64,000 bases of DNA. It comes from Octopus vulgaris. Lineage: Eukaryota. Location: NCBI GenBank assembly GCA_951406725.2, contig OX597824.1, forward strand, positions 53,692,001 through 53,756,000, written 5' to 3'. Positions 13,487 to 26,848 of this stretch are shown in pieces. The notes beneath the pieces were generated by a model that was given only the letters and a program-made list of their open reading frames with translations, ran no database searches and was not told the origin of the DNA. The translations under genes were made by a program, and so were the position numbers. How positions within the stretch are numbered: the first letter of the stretch is position 1; each line of letters begins with the position of its first letter.

Positions 13487-13696
13487 ATAAAGAACATCTA
13501 GCATCACACAATTCAATGTTACTCCTTAAGACAGTGGGGCTTGATGTGAGGTTTGGTTGCTACCTCTAGCAGCGAGAGCAACTATGCAAAGGCTCCTTCG
13601 TTGTTCAAAATGTTTTGTTATCAACTTAATGTCAATAACATCTGAACTCGCTGGAGCAACACATCAGTTTTCTATTTCATTTCGCCTAGACTTCTA

Positions 13697-13947
13697 CGGT
13701 ACTATTTAAGAAGTTGTGGTGCACCCGAGCACTGTATACAATAATTTCATTATTATTATTTAAGAGTGGTTCCGGTGCGCGCACTCGCGCTAGCTAGTCG
13801 TTCCTTACTTTGTGTTTTATTTACTCTGTTCAAAAATTATTTATTTTGTGTTTTATTAACTTTGCTAGGTAGTCGTTGTAGGATCGACTAGTCACAACTA
13901 GCTAGCGCGGATGCGCGCACCGGGACCACTCTTTTTAAATAGTACCG
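13697..13947. mobile_element. Small CpG-rich MITE
   Basis: TIR CGGTACTATTTAA...TTAAATAGTACCG with inner arms AGAGTGGT.CCGGTGCGCGCA; flanking duplication ACTTCTA. Confidence 0.8.
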
Positions 13948-14149
13948 ACTTCTAATATCTAACCAAACTTACTAATAATAAATATAACTGAATTGCTAAG
14001 AAGTTTTGATTGTTTTTTAAAAATTAATGGCAAAGTTTTCAACGAAAGATAATGTAAACATCGGTTTCTTCACTTATGTTTACAACCTTCATCGATGTTT
14101 ATTTATGTCGATGAAAGAAATACACAAACGAGATAATAATTAACCATCT

Positions 14150-14320
14150 GTACGTATACAATGGACTTCTGCACAGTTTCCGTCTATTGTATTTTACTCA
14201 CGAAGTATTGATTAACCTGGGGCATTGGTAGAAGACACTTGCTCAAGACAACGTGCAGATGAATTGTGCCTCGGACCATGTGGTAGCGAACTTGGTAACT
14301 CTACAACCATGCCCGTACCT
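14150..14320 (-). mobile_element. Degenerate tRNA-SINE 5' part
   Basis: Similar to 40240-40408 (CAGTTTCCGTCTA..., GAAGACACTTGC, GGACCATGTGG). Confidence 0.6.
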
Positions 14321-14450
14321 ATTTAACGTAAGCTTCTTCTATTTTAAATCTAAAACGTGTACAGAAATGGTTATTAATTAGATGTTTAGAACAAAGTGTT
14401 AATGAATTAAATACAATATGAAATGAGAGTCGTTCAAAATAACGTCTTAC

Positions 14451-14510
14451 CTGTTTGATCCGATAGGCGGCGCAATGTTAGAAACAAGAGTGATGTCCCT
14501 TCGAATGCTA
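14451..14510 (-). promoter_or_regulatory. UTP23: Candidate non-coding first exon / TSS region of UTP23
   Basis: Strong donor CAG|GTAAGA at 14451/14450 in a locally CpG-containing patch; pairs with the orphan acceptor at 11965. 5' boundary unknown. Confidence 0.5.
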
Positions 14511-15689
14511 CAGTATTATATTTTCCGGTTACATGTGAAAACATGACTTAAATGAGCTTCCATGGAGACGTTTAACCTGCAAAAAACAGCACTCAAATCT
14601 CTCTCATACCACATACAGTTGTCTTTAGGAAAAAAAGAGCAAACATAAAAGACTGTGAGTCTTGAGACAAAAAGGATATGATAGCCATGGCTGGAATGAC
14701 TTTGCATAATAGTTGTACATGATCAGAGCTCTCTTACTATAAGTACTGTTAGATTTTTCTTTAACTAAACATTTTGAAACTTCAGATACTGGTAAAATGT
14801 GTCATATAGAACATCTTTTACTATTAGCGTTGTTGAGAAAAGTTTCTATTTTCGAAGTTATTTCGTGTTAAAGTTGTCGTATTTCGATCATTTCAACCAA
14901 TCAATGACGTGTATTCAGCTGACTTAAATTACTGCTGTTGTTTGTCAACAACAACTTCCGGCGGTGTATATTTCGTTTGTCACTGTTATTTATGACATAT
15001 TTCTTCTCAGTTACGTTCGTATGAATAAGCGAGTGTATCTGAAGCACGTTTACTTCATGACACCACCATAAACGTTCGTGCATTTCTACTGCTTTTAGGT
15101 TTTTTCCTGTTTTTCAGCTACTATTTTTAGTCTTTACTCGTTATTTTGTTTGTTTTCTTTCTAACCTGTTAAACAGTAAAGAAATGAAGCAGACACTTAA
15201 CTTTATACATGAAACGCATATATTGTTTAGATAATAAATTACACTTAAAAAGCACTAGTTGTTAACATATTAAATGCAGGAAGTAGGTAAAAATCATTAG
15301 TTATATGATTTTTATTTTTACAACCCTGGTTATCTTAAATTTTGGAATTGAAAATTTATCTTCTTAAAACAAAATGTGATCAATAGATTTGTTGTATCTT
15401 CTTGGAAACATTACTGTACCACTCAAAAAACTCAAATTGCCAAAATTTCACTTGGTTAGTAAAGTAGGCTAGCATATTTGATGTAGTTTACCAAGAAATT
15501 TTGATTAAAAGTACAGAAAAATAGTAATTTATATGGCTAGCTGCCATCACAATAAACAAATAAAGACAGTGGGTTTGTTCTTCAATAGTAGAGTTATAAC
15601 TTCGGGCGAGCACTAGAATTATAAGACTTCATCAGTAAATCACTCGATGTTCTGGTTTGCAATGCTAACTTCAGGAAACATGCCAATCA

Positions 15690-16310
15690 CCTATTTACCT
15701 ACCAATCTGGTAGACGCACTAGTCAAATTGACTACATCCTCACCAAGAAACGGGAAAGATGGCTACTTGTAAATGCCAAAACCTTCCCAGGTGATGCACC
15801 CCACAACATAGATTAGTAGTTAACAACTTCAGGATCAGGGCTAAATGGATGCCCAGAAGACGACCAGCATAGTGGAGAAGAGTCTGAAAGCTTAAGGATC
15901 CTGAAAATGGACTGAGATTTAGAGATGTACTACTTAAAGCTATGGAAGACAACTGGGGGTTTCTACAGGACACCTGTTGAGGGCTAGTGACCAGATCTGT
16001 GGATAGTGCAAAGTCCCCTCTCGACCCAAGGTAATGTGATGGTGGAACACTGTAGTTGACAGGGCCATTAGGGAAAAGAAACAGGCATGGAAGAACAGTG
16101 GTAGCAGGGAATTGTATCAGACTGCCAGAAGGGAAGCTAGGAGACAGGTTTATTTAGCCAGAGGGGAAGCAGATAAGAAAATATTTGCCAATGTTCTGCG
16201 TCATGAGGACCAAAGACTTGAGGTATTTCATGTTGCAAGACAGTGCGTGAGAGAGAATCGTGATGCCATAGAGAAATGTGGCCGCATGGATGATGGTTCA
16301 CATGCCTCTC
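15690..16310 (+). mobile_element. RTE LINE fragment (endonuclease-RT linker), decayed
   Basis: YQTARREARRQVYLARGEA; homologous to the inverted fragment at 16785-17100. Confidence 0.7.
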
Positions 16311-16784
16311 TCTATGTGATTGTTTGGCTTCTAGAAATAGCAACTAAATTTGGCCATCAAATTACACTGTGCATCTTGGAAAGAAGGAGAAAACATAGAA
16401 GATAATGTAGTCCTCAATACATGATGCCACTTGAGAAAAAGATAGGATGGTCACAATTTGAATGCTTTTTTTAAGGTAACACCTTTTCACCTATAAACAC
16501 TGTTTGGCAACTGATTCACTCACCTCACTTCTTGCCAGAAGATGACCTCTTAGAGTCAAGCAGACAGCTTTGATCTTTTGTACAGATGAAACATTTTTCA
16601 GCTATGAAAAGTTGGTTTTAACTGCTATTTCGCACAGGCTAAAAATTTAGTGGGTGGAATGAGATACTTGTTTCATTCATTGTTATAAGACAATGCTATT
16701 GTATATTAACTCAGTCCTCACACAGTTGCTGTAAGATTGTTATGGTATTAAATAACAAACTAACATATTCTCCACATTCAGCAG

Positions 16785-17100
16785 TCATTTGTAATGGCTT
16801 CTCCAAGCCTCTGTCTTTGCAGAGTCATTAAATGCAAGGGCACCATCATCCATATGGACACATTTCTCTCCTATGATATCACGATTCTTTCTCACACACT
16901 GTCTTGCAACACGAAACACCTCAAGTCTTTGGTCCTTGCGTCGCTGAACATTGACAAACTTCTTTTCTGCTACTCCTTTGGCTATATATACCTGTCTCTT
17001 AGCTTTCCTTTTGGCCATTTGATACATTCCCCTGCTACCCCTACTCTTCCAGGCATTCCAAGCCTGTTTCTTTGCTCTAATGGCCATGTCTAAAGTATTG
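16785..17100 (-). mobile_element. RTE LINE fragment
   Basis: AIRAKKQAWNAWK...YQMAKRKAKRQVYIAKG; same family as 15690-16310. Confidence 0.7.
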
Positions 17101-17169
17101 TGGCCCTGAATATGAACAACTCTCCAATTTCATCTCTTTCCTTTCTAACTTTCACCCTTCTCTTCAGCT

Positions 17170-18760
17170 TACCTCTACTATGTCTGACACCTCTGTAAAC
17201 TTCTTAGATATATCTCTCACCATTGACCTCCCCACCCACTCCCTTGCCACCTCTGCTTTCTTCAAACCCGTGGACTCCCACCTCTATCTCAACTTTTCCT
17301 CCTCCCATTGCTCCCACACCAAATGGGCCATCCCCTACTCCCAGTTCCTCTACCTCCGACGCTTGTGCAGCTGGGACCAGGATTTCGAAACCCAGTCTTG
17401 GTACCTGGCTCGCCTGTTCATGCGTAACGGACCCCCATCCACCCTTGTCTAAACTGCCTTTGGCCATGCTCGTGTAATCAATTTCACCATCGCCCTCTCC
17501 TTCCCTACACCGCATCCTCTTTCCTCTCCTTTTCCACCCTCAAATATCACTGTCTTCAGCCTTGCCCTACACCATGGATTTACCATCTCTTGACTCTGCC
17601 TTGAACAGTGTTTCATTTTCACTTTACAAACACAAACCCCTCCTTCCAATGACTGTCTCTGCACTCTCCCTAAAAAATAACTTTTTATCCTATCTTATAT
17701 TCACTCACATTTTCATAACTTTTATTCATTTATTACTGATTTTTTATCGTTTTTTTCCATTGCACTTGCTTATTTCGATCCTTTTATCTTATCTATTATC
17801 TCCTTTCCTCTTATTTTATCATTGTATTAATCTCTAATTTTTATCTTTTTGATATTTATTTTTTTATCTTATCTTTTATTTTGTATATTTTTCTATTATT
17901 TTCATCTATTTTTTATTTATTTTATATACACACATACATGCAAACATGTACATACACATGAACGCACATATATCTCCCACACACACATACATGCACACAC
18001 ACACATGCATACATATACCCCTACACACACACACACACACTTCCACACTCACTCAGACGTGCATACACACACTTCCCCACACGCACACACACAGACAGTG
18101 TGAGAGAGAGAGAGAGACAGAGTGACACAGGGAGTGGGACACACACGTACTCATAAACGTCCACACACATACGCACATTCTCACTCCATCTACGTACACA
18201 TACCTACACACACTCACCCTTCAAACACCCTACTATTGACCACCCTATCTATGCACATGTGCAAAAACACACAACTACACAAAAACCACCACACCTGTTA
18301 TCATAGCTGTTGACCTCTTCCTACGACATTAACAAAGGTCAATCAGATATACATATATAAACAGTTAATACCACACATAGAGTTACCATCACATGCTCTC
18401 TTACAAACGCACGTACCACTTCCACCACATGCACACACACACTCAGTTACTGCCACACACACACACACACACTCATGCACACATACACACAGATACCAAC
18501 CTTTCTTTACACTCGCCTGTCTTAGAAAGCACTTTTTCTTTGTCCATTTTCTTCTGGTCATTCCAAAATGTATCTACATGTGGATTGTTGGCGTCTTCCT
18601 TTTCTTTTTGACTTTCCTCTGTCTCCTGTTTCTGAAGAAGAGCTTTGCTCAAAACGTAAAAAAAATTTCTTTCCTTCCCCAAGTGTCCTATTAATACTTT
18701 GTATGTATCACATTCATGCATTGTTCTTTTCTTCCTGTTTTTCTCCATTTTTTTTATTAA
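17170..18760 (+). mobile_element. PLE remnant (RT thumb, CA-rich 3' region, hammerhead-like end)
   Basis: SVNFLDISL...FFKPVDSHLYLNFSSSH...AIPYSQFLYLRRLCS is typical of PLE RT C-termini. Motif CTGAAGA-AGAGC-TTT-GCTC-AAAA-CG-TA at 18628-18661. Confidence 0.75.
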
Positions 18761-19119
18761 TTATATATATGTACCAAGCTGGTTGTGGTGTACCATATCA
18801 ATTTGATACGATGTAGCCCACTACTGAATGTAGCGTATAGATTTAATGCTTCAAGGTTCTCACATTGGAGTAACCAGTGAACATGGAAGAATTAACATCA
18901 AGGAAGAAATGTTATTTATATATATTTATTCATTTACCCGACAAGTTGTTACAGAGACAGTAGCAATTCTAGCGATAGGGACAAGGATGACTCGCTGGTT
19001 AATAGTTGATATATAGAAAAAGGTTGTCTGTCAGTTGAGAGGAAAAGAGTAAGGTAGTCATGGTGCTGACTAGAAAGGAAGAAAGGATAGGTGAGCAGGG
19101 TTGCTAGGTATGCAAATAA

Positions 19120-20520
19120 GAATACAAAAGTGAAGGAATGGAGTAGATAAGATCCAGGCTGCATATGTTTCATAGCAAGTGGGACCTCAGAAGTAAATAT
19201 CCAAGCTAGGTGTAAACCACAAGCTACTCTTCAGGCCAAGGATATCTTGATTGAATGAAAGTTTACATTCTCGCAAGGAAGTGCATGTTAACCCATGAAA
19301 GATTCAATTAGAATGTGTAGAGAGCACAGTAGGAGTGGAGAATATAAATGTAGAGAGAAATTAGGATTAAAAAAAGGAAAACAGAAAAAACTTGATCAAA
19401 TATATCCCCATGTGGAATATCCCTCCCTCCACTAAAACCAGTTCTGCCCCCACCACATAATGAACATAAAATCCCCCCCCCCATCCCCTCACTCCAATAC
19501 CTGTCCAAATTTCAAAGTAACAGGTGATCTAATAAACAACCCTCCTGCTAGATGACCCCAAATCCTATATACATTGCAACTCACCAAAACAGACACCAGT
19601 GTGCACCTCCAAAAATCTATCCTCCCAGTTAACCCTCCCCCTGCCCAATTGGATTAAATGAACAAGAACCCAGGACGTTATCTGGTTCCACCTACTCCTT
19701 TGTCATTAATGTTCAGACTCGTGTATCTAAACTCTTCTTTGCTCTACTTGAAAAACATTTCCCTAAATCCAGCCTCCTTAAAAAAACATTTAAGTCCCCC
19801 CACCCCAATTTATAAAACTGTCCTATTCCACCACCACCAACATTGCCGGAGTTATCTGACATCTTAACAACAAGAAACTCAGAAATCTACAACCAGCTAA
19901 CTTCCACCCTAATAACTTAACTCAACATAATCCCCAGCTCCAACATCAATTGACCCCCCTTAACCCCACCCCTGTAAACTTACAAGTACATACACCTCTA
20001 CTACTTCATACTGTAAACACACTCACAATATACATTTCTTAATTGAAAGCTAGTAGTAGCCATCATGATTCTTGCCCATTCTCTCTTGCTTTCTTCAAGC
20101 ATATTTTTCTACCCCTTGACTAAAAATATTTCCCCACCCTCTCCCCTACACATTATCTTTTTTTTCCAAATACCACTTCCCTTGCTAATTTCTGTGACTC
20201 GGCCAAAATAGTTCTTTTGGATACAACCAGTCAAATGACTTTGCTTAAATTCCTCATTTTTCTCACTCCTATGATTTTTTCTTTTTTCCTTCTTTTAGTC
20301 CTAATTTCTCTCTACATTTATATTCTCCACTCCTACTGTGCTTTCTACACATTCTGCTTGAATCTTCCATGTGTTAACATTTACCTCCTTGCAACAATGT
20401 AAACTTTCATTTAATCAAGGTATCCTGGGCTTGAAGAGTAGCCTGCAGTATACACCTAGCTTGGATATTTACCACTTACATATGTAGCCCAGATCTTATC
20501 TACTCCATTCCTTCACTCAT
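19120..20520 (+). mobile_element. PLE remnant with inverted terminal repeats
   Basis: 19120-19385 is the reverse complement of ~20275-20520; both carry a hammerhead-like motif. The interior has decayed PLE-like coding (IWFHLL, PP repeats). Confidence 0.6.
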
Positions 20521-22663
20521 GTATATATGCACACACACATTTATATGTATATATACATACACACGTATATATATACATATACACATGTGTGTGTGTGTGT
20601 GTCTGTGAAATTAATAAATTAAAATTTACAGAAATTTGCAGTTTCATTTTCATTAAAACACTAGCTACTCCAAACAGCAAAACCTCTACCACAGCTCACC
20701 TACATTTAGTATCTCTATCTCTCATTCCTACACTGTTTGTCATTTTAGTTTCCCTCTACTAATGTTACCAAGTTGTGAACACTATGTTTTATTATATATT
20801 ATAATCACTCACTAGTAATGTACAGATAATTTCCTTTCAATTAATTATTACAACTTAAATTTAAGGCCATAGTAAAAAATTCAACTAATACCTGCTGTTC
20901 AAATTCCATCATTAACTGCTAAATTGTTACAATCAGAGTTTTAGATTGAGTTACAAGCAGTCAATTTTGCTACATTTCAGCACTGCATGCTATTATTGTA
21001 TAATTTAAAATTAAAATTTTTTAAATTGAGAATCCTGCTGAATATCTTTAATTACCAACAAAGTAAACTGAACCAACTGACAAGCATTCCTAATATATAT
21101 AAGAATTTACAAATGGTGTATGATTTCAAATTGTAAAAAAATGTTTTTAGTTTTCAAATTGAGTACATATTCAGTAAGGGATGAAGAGTTTTCGCAGGTA
21201 CCAGCTATTACATTTCCATTCATTTTTTAAGGACATCCTAAAAAACTCAATATTCCTTGATGAATAGTTTGAAAACATTGCTTATGATTTGGAATGGTCC
21301 ATCATAAAATCTGCAAAGTCATATTAAGGTGGCAAAACATCTACCAGCTACATACATGTGAGATTCTTGAGATTATTAAAGCTTATCAAAATGTGTGTGT
21401 GTGTGTACAAGTTTGATGTATATGTGTGTACATTTGGACATATTGTGGGATAAAAAAGAGAGCTGTGAAAGGGTGGATGAACTTATGAGTTAACAGCCAT
21501 CCATTGCGAGTAAATTTGCTTCTTTCAAATCCCTGTTAGCTCACAGGTATCATTTGGTGGGTAAAGTCTGAGAGAAGGCACTCTAAAGTTAAACATGTAG
21601 TTGATGTAGCTGCTAGTCATCTTGCAATGTTTGTTATGGGATTCCAATTACTGATAGCTAGAGAGTGGAATACATGTTGTATGTTAGTGTAATCCCAGTG
21701 ATGTACAACTGCCTCAATCCATCTGGTTCATCTTGTTTTTCCATTAAAGTGGTAATGTGTGCAGACTTAACAAGTAGGAGGCACAACCACAAATCTACAT
21801 ACAAAGCAGCAGAAAACTTATCCTAACATTATTCTCTTGGACAGAAATTGCTTCAGCAAGGTTTCCAGTCTCTGAGCAACTTAGGAAAGCAGTGTGACTG
21901 GGAAGTTGCTAGAAAAGATGCACTAAATATTACCCTCCCACATATGCCAGTTAGTTTACTGCAACTAATGACAGTTCTCCAAAAGTAGGAATGAACAAAG
22001 AACAAAGATTTTAACACAAGATTTATTCTAACGATACACATTTTTTAAACATCTATGGTTAGAATGTAAGAACACTTCTAGATCATGCACATCATCTTAA
22101 ATGCCATATTGTACTTGCCACTAAAAAAAACTGCAATGTCTCAAAATAGATATAGCAGCAGTTTCAGAACCCCAGGTTTCTGGTGAAGACCATTACACAG
22201 AAGCTTCATCTGGGTTGGAAAACCACGGACTAGATGCAGATGTTGGAATTGTTGTAAAGAGCAGTCTAATACAGTGGTTCTCAAATTTTTCAAAAAATTT
22301 TACGTGCTGGTCCCCTTACAGTCTTTTCAATGATGTGCAGTCCCCTATAAAATGCAGGATAATTAACATGGAAACATAACATACATTCATGTACCATAAT
22401 TTCCGGACTATGAACTGCACTGTCCATTGACCCACAACCTTGAAAACCACAACTTAATCCATGCAATGCCCCATTGGGATACAATAAATATACATGAAAA
22501 TATGGGGAGCCAGTTGATCAATTGGTTACAAAACAAATTAGAAATGAAAACAATCTGAAAATACCCCAAGCACCCAGTATTGGCAACTTCATAAGACCCA
22601 TTTCAGTCCATTTGGCAGAAAGAAACCGGGATCATACACCAAACACTGTAGTATATACAGAGT

Positions 22664-23406
22664 GTAAGTACCTTCAGAGAAAAGTTGGACCTAAGAAGCA
22701 TCAGTTGTGGTGTGCAAGAGAGACGATTGCACTGGTATGGTCATGTAGCAAGAATGGATGAAGATAGTTATGTGAAAAAGTGCCACACCCTAGCGGTTGA
22801 GGGAACCTGTGGAAGAGGTAGACCCAGGAAAACCTGGGATGAGGTGGTGAAGCACAACCTTCGAACATTAGGTCTCACCGAGGCAATGACTAGTGACCGA
22901 GACCTTTGGAAGTATGCTGTGCATGAGAAGACCTGGCAGGACAAATGAGACCATAACCAGTGGCCTCTACCTGGGATGTAGCCAGCTCACTTATGCATAC
23001 CTTTCCTTCTTGGGACACAAAACTCTGCTTGCAAAGACCTGTTGAGGCGAGTGAAATTGAAATTGAAATCACTCAAAAATCAATGGAAATTGTAGTTGTG
23101 ATACCAGTGCTGGTGGCACAAGAAAAATCCGAACGTGGCCATTGCCAGTGCCGCCCCGACTAGCCTCCTGTGCCGGTGGCACATAAAAAGTACCAACCGA
23201 TTGTGGCCGTTGCCAGCCTCACCTGGCACGTAAAAAAAGCACCCACTACACTCATGGAGTGGTTGGCGTTAGGAAGGACATCCAGCTGTAGAAACACTGC
23301 CAGATCAGACTGGGCCTGGTGCAGCCTCCTGGCTTCCCAGACCCCAGTCGAACCGTCCAACCCATGCTAGCATGGAAAGCGGACGTTAAATGATGATGAT
23401 GATGAT
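22664..23406 (+). mobile_element. RTE LINE 3' end with 3'UTR and (GAT)n tail
   Basis: RRLHWYGHVARM...GRGRPRKTW...DRDLW; ends GGACGTTAAA(TGA)n. Shorter related 3' ends at 27820-28088, 52740-53000, 55810-56030(-) and 59730-59930(-). Confidence 0.85.
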
Positions 23407-24413
23407 ATATATATATATATACACATGTACACGACAGCGGTTTTGAACTTTGGCATCATCTTCCTCTTTCACAATGTTTGGGATGCTATTCCTCCCCATT
23501 ATCAGGTCATTCCTCATATTGATTATCCAAGAGGTGCATTTCAACCAATTTAGCTATATTCAGCAGAAAAATTGTAATAACATCCCAAAATGTACAGAAG
23601 TTTCTGGTGGGCTTTAGTGAAGTAGACACCAAAACCTTGGAGCACAAAACACACTGTGGTTTCCTTCCCCACTAGGCTTTATCACAGTAAAACTGAATTT
23701 CAAATAAGATTTGTCATATCTCATTTTCTTTATTGGAGGCATTATAAAAAAAAGTTCAGTAAACCAATTTACTTTAACTACATTGTATATTTATTTCGAA
23801 TTTATCATATATTACGGATGTGCATATATGCCTTAGTGCAGCCAGGTTTTGGTGTACTAATTAGCAATAAAGCTTACCTCTCACTATTAATTGTAGAAGA
23901 AGATCAAAGTGTGTATGAGCATTGCTTTGTCTGGAGGTAAGCCTTTGTGAATTGATAACGTTGGGAAGACAGTTCTGTTGAAACACATTGTCATGAAAAA
24001 CAACCATGCCTTAAAAATGCACGCAGGATGAGAATGGGTGTCTGGCAAAGGGCAAGGTCATGTGGGAACATGCACCGATGAAGATAATGATAGCGAGAGA
24101 CATGCAAATGTGTGGATTGCAATAGTGGGGAGGTGAATCACGTGAGTGTATATACCTGCATATTTTCTATTGGCCAATCACACTTGTACAAGTGTGATTA
24201 GCATATGAATGTCTAGGAGTGGCATGGGTTTTTGAGGTCAATCACAAAAAAACATGTGAACAATTGAAAGTCTTAAAATTTCTAAACTTATCTGTCTCAA
24301 GCTACCCGTTTTCACAATACTTCAGTGTCTCTTTGCAGTCCCCTATATACATATACATACATATATATATATATATATATATCTATACAATATGTTACAT
24401 TACTCGGTAGTCA

Positions 24414-24476
24414 AGATAAAACTCTGAGTTTCAGATGCCGAAGTGGAAATCCACAACACCATCTCTTCGGTTATCT
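24414..24476 (-). ncRNA. Hammerhead-like motif (variant core CCGAAGA)
   Basis: AGATAA-CCGAAGA-GATG...CATC-T-GAAA-CTCAGAG-TT-TTATCT; identical inverted copy at 26690-26752. Confidence 0.5.
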
Positions 24477-24670
24477 GGCTATTTGAAAACGTTATGAAAA
24501 AATACCATTAAAAATGAAGGGAAATTACTCTGTTATAACTCTGCTTTGCCTGCGTACTTATACATCGCTCGCATTTTTCGTCATAAAAATTATATAAAAA
24601 TACATAAAAATATATAAAAATATATAAAAATATATAAAATCTTCTTGGGACATAACACAGAAAGCATGTT

Positions 24671-25762
24671 CTATCCGTTTTCTTTAGGGGACCAAAAACG
24701 TAACAGAAATTTAGTCACATGTGGGCATGATCCGAAAAGTTCTGTCCTTGTATTTAGACATGTGGTAGGGTCTAAGCTGCTTTTCCAGATAAGCCATCTC
24801 TCCATGTCGCATAAACCGCACCTTCCGCTGCCGTTAGTATAGGGCTTACATCTGGCCAAAATCTTCCATTGTATGTTATAATCGACACCTTTATCTCTTA
24901 AAGACCAAATATGATTGGATAATTGTGTCGCTTTTCTTTTGTTCCAGTGCCTAAAGCTCAAAGTGTGGTTATTGAACCTGGCCTTGAAATTACCCTCTGT
25001 CAGGCCCACGTATTTCTTCGTCAAAACGGTGTCTTTAGTGGTTATAGAGTTTACGGTAGCTTCATATATGATGGTCTTGGACATGCAAGCTCCATTTAGC
25101 GGGCACAATTCTTTATTCCTGCATGAACAGCTGTTTTCTTCTTGTGTTTTTTGTATGTTATGATTGATTATGTTTTTAAAATTGGTAGTTGAACTAAAAC
25201 TAATTTTTAAATTGTGTCTATTGAAGAGTTTCCTATAAGCATGGTTAACTGGAAAATGTCTATCTATCAGTGCTAGGAAATATTTACCTATATTGAAGGC
25301 CACCTCGGGTGAGTAAGGGGGCGTAAACCAGATGACCTTCCTATTTCTATTATTCCTTTTCCTTATTGTTGGGCTGGTGATAGGTGTATATTTTATTTTT
25401 TCACTAAAACCACTATCTTTTAAAGCTTTATTATAAACTGGGGCAACGCTATTGAAGATGTCCTCATTAGATGAGAGGCTAGAAATCCTCTTACTAATAT
25501 TTTTAACTAAATTTTTGAATACTATAGGGAGATGGCATGAACCTACATTAATATAACTTAGTCTATCATTGGGCTTCCTATAAGGCTTATAAATATTATT
25601 ATTAAGATCTAAGGAAACGTCTAAGAAATTGACAACCGTCAGGTTAGTGTCTATAGTTATACTAAGTCCGAAGTGTTTCATTAACTGGATAATATCCTTC
25701 CTAAAACGATCTTGTGCTGGTCCATTTGTATTAGCTGTTAAGGCGAGGGCATCATCTTTGTA
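24671..25762 (-). CDS. PLE ORF C-terminal part: RT palm/thumb + GIY-YIG endonuclease (5'-truncated)
   Basis: YKDD at 25751-25762, VNFLDVSLDL, CSCR..CPLNGAC, IIYEATV...KYVGLTE..FKARFNNH, CGLCDME, CPH. Confidence 0.85.
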   Translation of the reverse strand, partial: YKDDALALTANTNGPAQDRFRKDIIQLMKHFGLSITIDTNLTVVNFLDVSLDLNNNIYKPYRKPNDRLSYINVGSCHLPIVFKNLVKNISKRISSLSSNEDIFNSVAPVYNKALKDSGFSEKIKYTPITSPTIRKRNNRNRKVIWFTPPYSPEVAFNIGKYFLALIDRHFPVNHAYRKLFNRHNLKISFSSTTNFKNIINHNIQKTQEENSCSCRNKELCPLNGACMSKTIIYEATVNSITTKDTVLTKKYVGLTEGNFKARFNNHTLSFRHWNKRKATQLSNHIWSLRDKGVDYNIQWKILARCKPYTNGSGRCGLCDMERWLIWKSSLDPTTCLNTRTELFGSCPHVTKFLLRFWSPKENG

Positions 25763-25872
25763 GTGGTTTTAGCGAAAAAATAAAATATACACCTATCACC
25801 AGCCCAACAATAAGGAAAAGGAATAATAGAAATAGGAAGGTCATCTGGTTTACGCCCCCTTACTCACCCGAG

Positions 25873-26505
25873 GTGGCCTTCAATATAGGTAAATATTTCC
25901 TAGCACTGATAGATAGACATTTTCCAGTTAACCATGCTTATAGGAAACTCTTCAATAGACACAATTTAAAAATTAGTTTTAGTTCAACTACCAATTTTAA
26001 AAACATAATCAATCATAACATACAAAAAACACAAGAAGAAAACAGCTGTTCATGCAGGAATAAAGAATTGTGCCCGCTAAATGGAGCTTGCATGTCCAAG
26101 ACCATCATATATGAAGCTACCGTAAACTCTATAACCACTAAAGACACCGTTTTGACGAAGAAATACGTGGGCCTGACAGAGGGTAATTTCAAGGCCAGGT
26201 TCAATAACCACACTTTGAGCTTTAGGCACTGGAACAAAAGAAAAGCGACACAATTATCCAATCATATTTGGTCTTTAAGAGATAAAGGTGTCGATTATAA
26301 CATACAATGGAAGATTTTGGCCAGATGTAAGCCCTATACTAACGGCAGCGGAAGGTGCGGTTTATGCGACATGGAGAGATGGCTTATCTGGAAAAGCAGC
26401 TTAGACCCTACCACATGTCTAAATACAAGGACAGAACTTTTCGGATCATGCCCACATGTGACTAAATTTCTGTTACGTTTTTGGTCCCCTAAAGAAAACG
26501 GATAG
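25873..26505 (+). CDS. Inverted duplicate of the PLE GIY-YIG endonuclease region
   Basis: Peptide identical to the C-terminal 210 aa of 24671-25681. Confidence 0.7.
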   Translation: MAFNIGKYFLALIDRHFPVNHAYRKLFNRHNLKISFSSTTNFKNIINHNIQKTQEENSCSCRNKELCPLNGACMSKTIIYEATVNSITTKDTVLTKKYVGLTEGNFKARFNNHTLSFRHWNKRKATQLSNHIWSLRDKGVDYNIQWKILARCKPYTNGSGRCGLCDMERWLIWKSSLDPTTCLNTRTELFGSCPHVTKFLLRFWSPKENG

Positions 26506-26689
26506 AACATGCTTTCTGTGTTATGTCCCAAGAAGATTTTATATATTTTTATATATTTTTATGTATTTTTATATAATTTTTATGACGAAAAATGCGAGCG
26601 ATGTATAAGTACGCAGGCAAAGCAGAGTTATAACAGAGTAATTTCCCTTCATTTTTAACGGTATTTTTTCATAACGTTTTCAAATAGCC

Positions 26690-26752
26690 AGATAACCGAA
26701 GAGATGGTGTTGTGGATTTCCACTTCGGCATCTGAAACTCAGAGTTTTATCT
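26690..26752 (+). ncRNA. Hammerhead-like motif (variant core CCGAAGA)
   Basis: Stem I AGATAA/TTATCT, stem II GATG/CATC, GAAA, stem III ACTC-A-GAGT. The homologue at 43033-43093 has CTGAAGA. Confidence 0.5.
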
Positions 26753-26848
26753 TGACTACCGAGTAATGTAACATATTGTATAGATAAATTTCCTCTATTT
26801 ACATAATATTGAGGTCTCTTTCTTTCTTTTGTTATCTTACCGTTTTAT

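Noticed and set aside
14940-14970. ETS-like ACTTCCGG promoter motif upstream of UTP23
   Set aside because: Single short motif, probably within a repeat; no independent support.
23870-23945. Exon-like segment with GAG|GTAAGC sites on both strands
   Set aside because: Short inverted repeat, no recognisable peptide and no partner exons.
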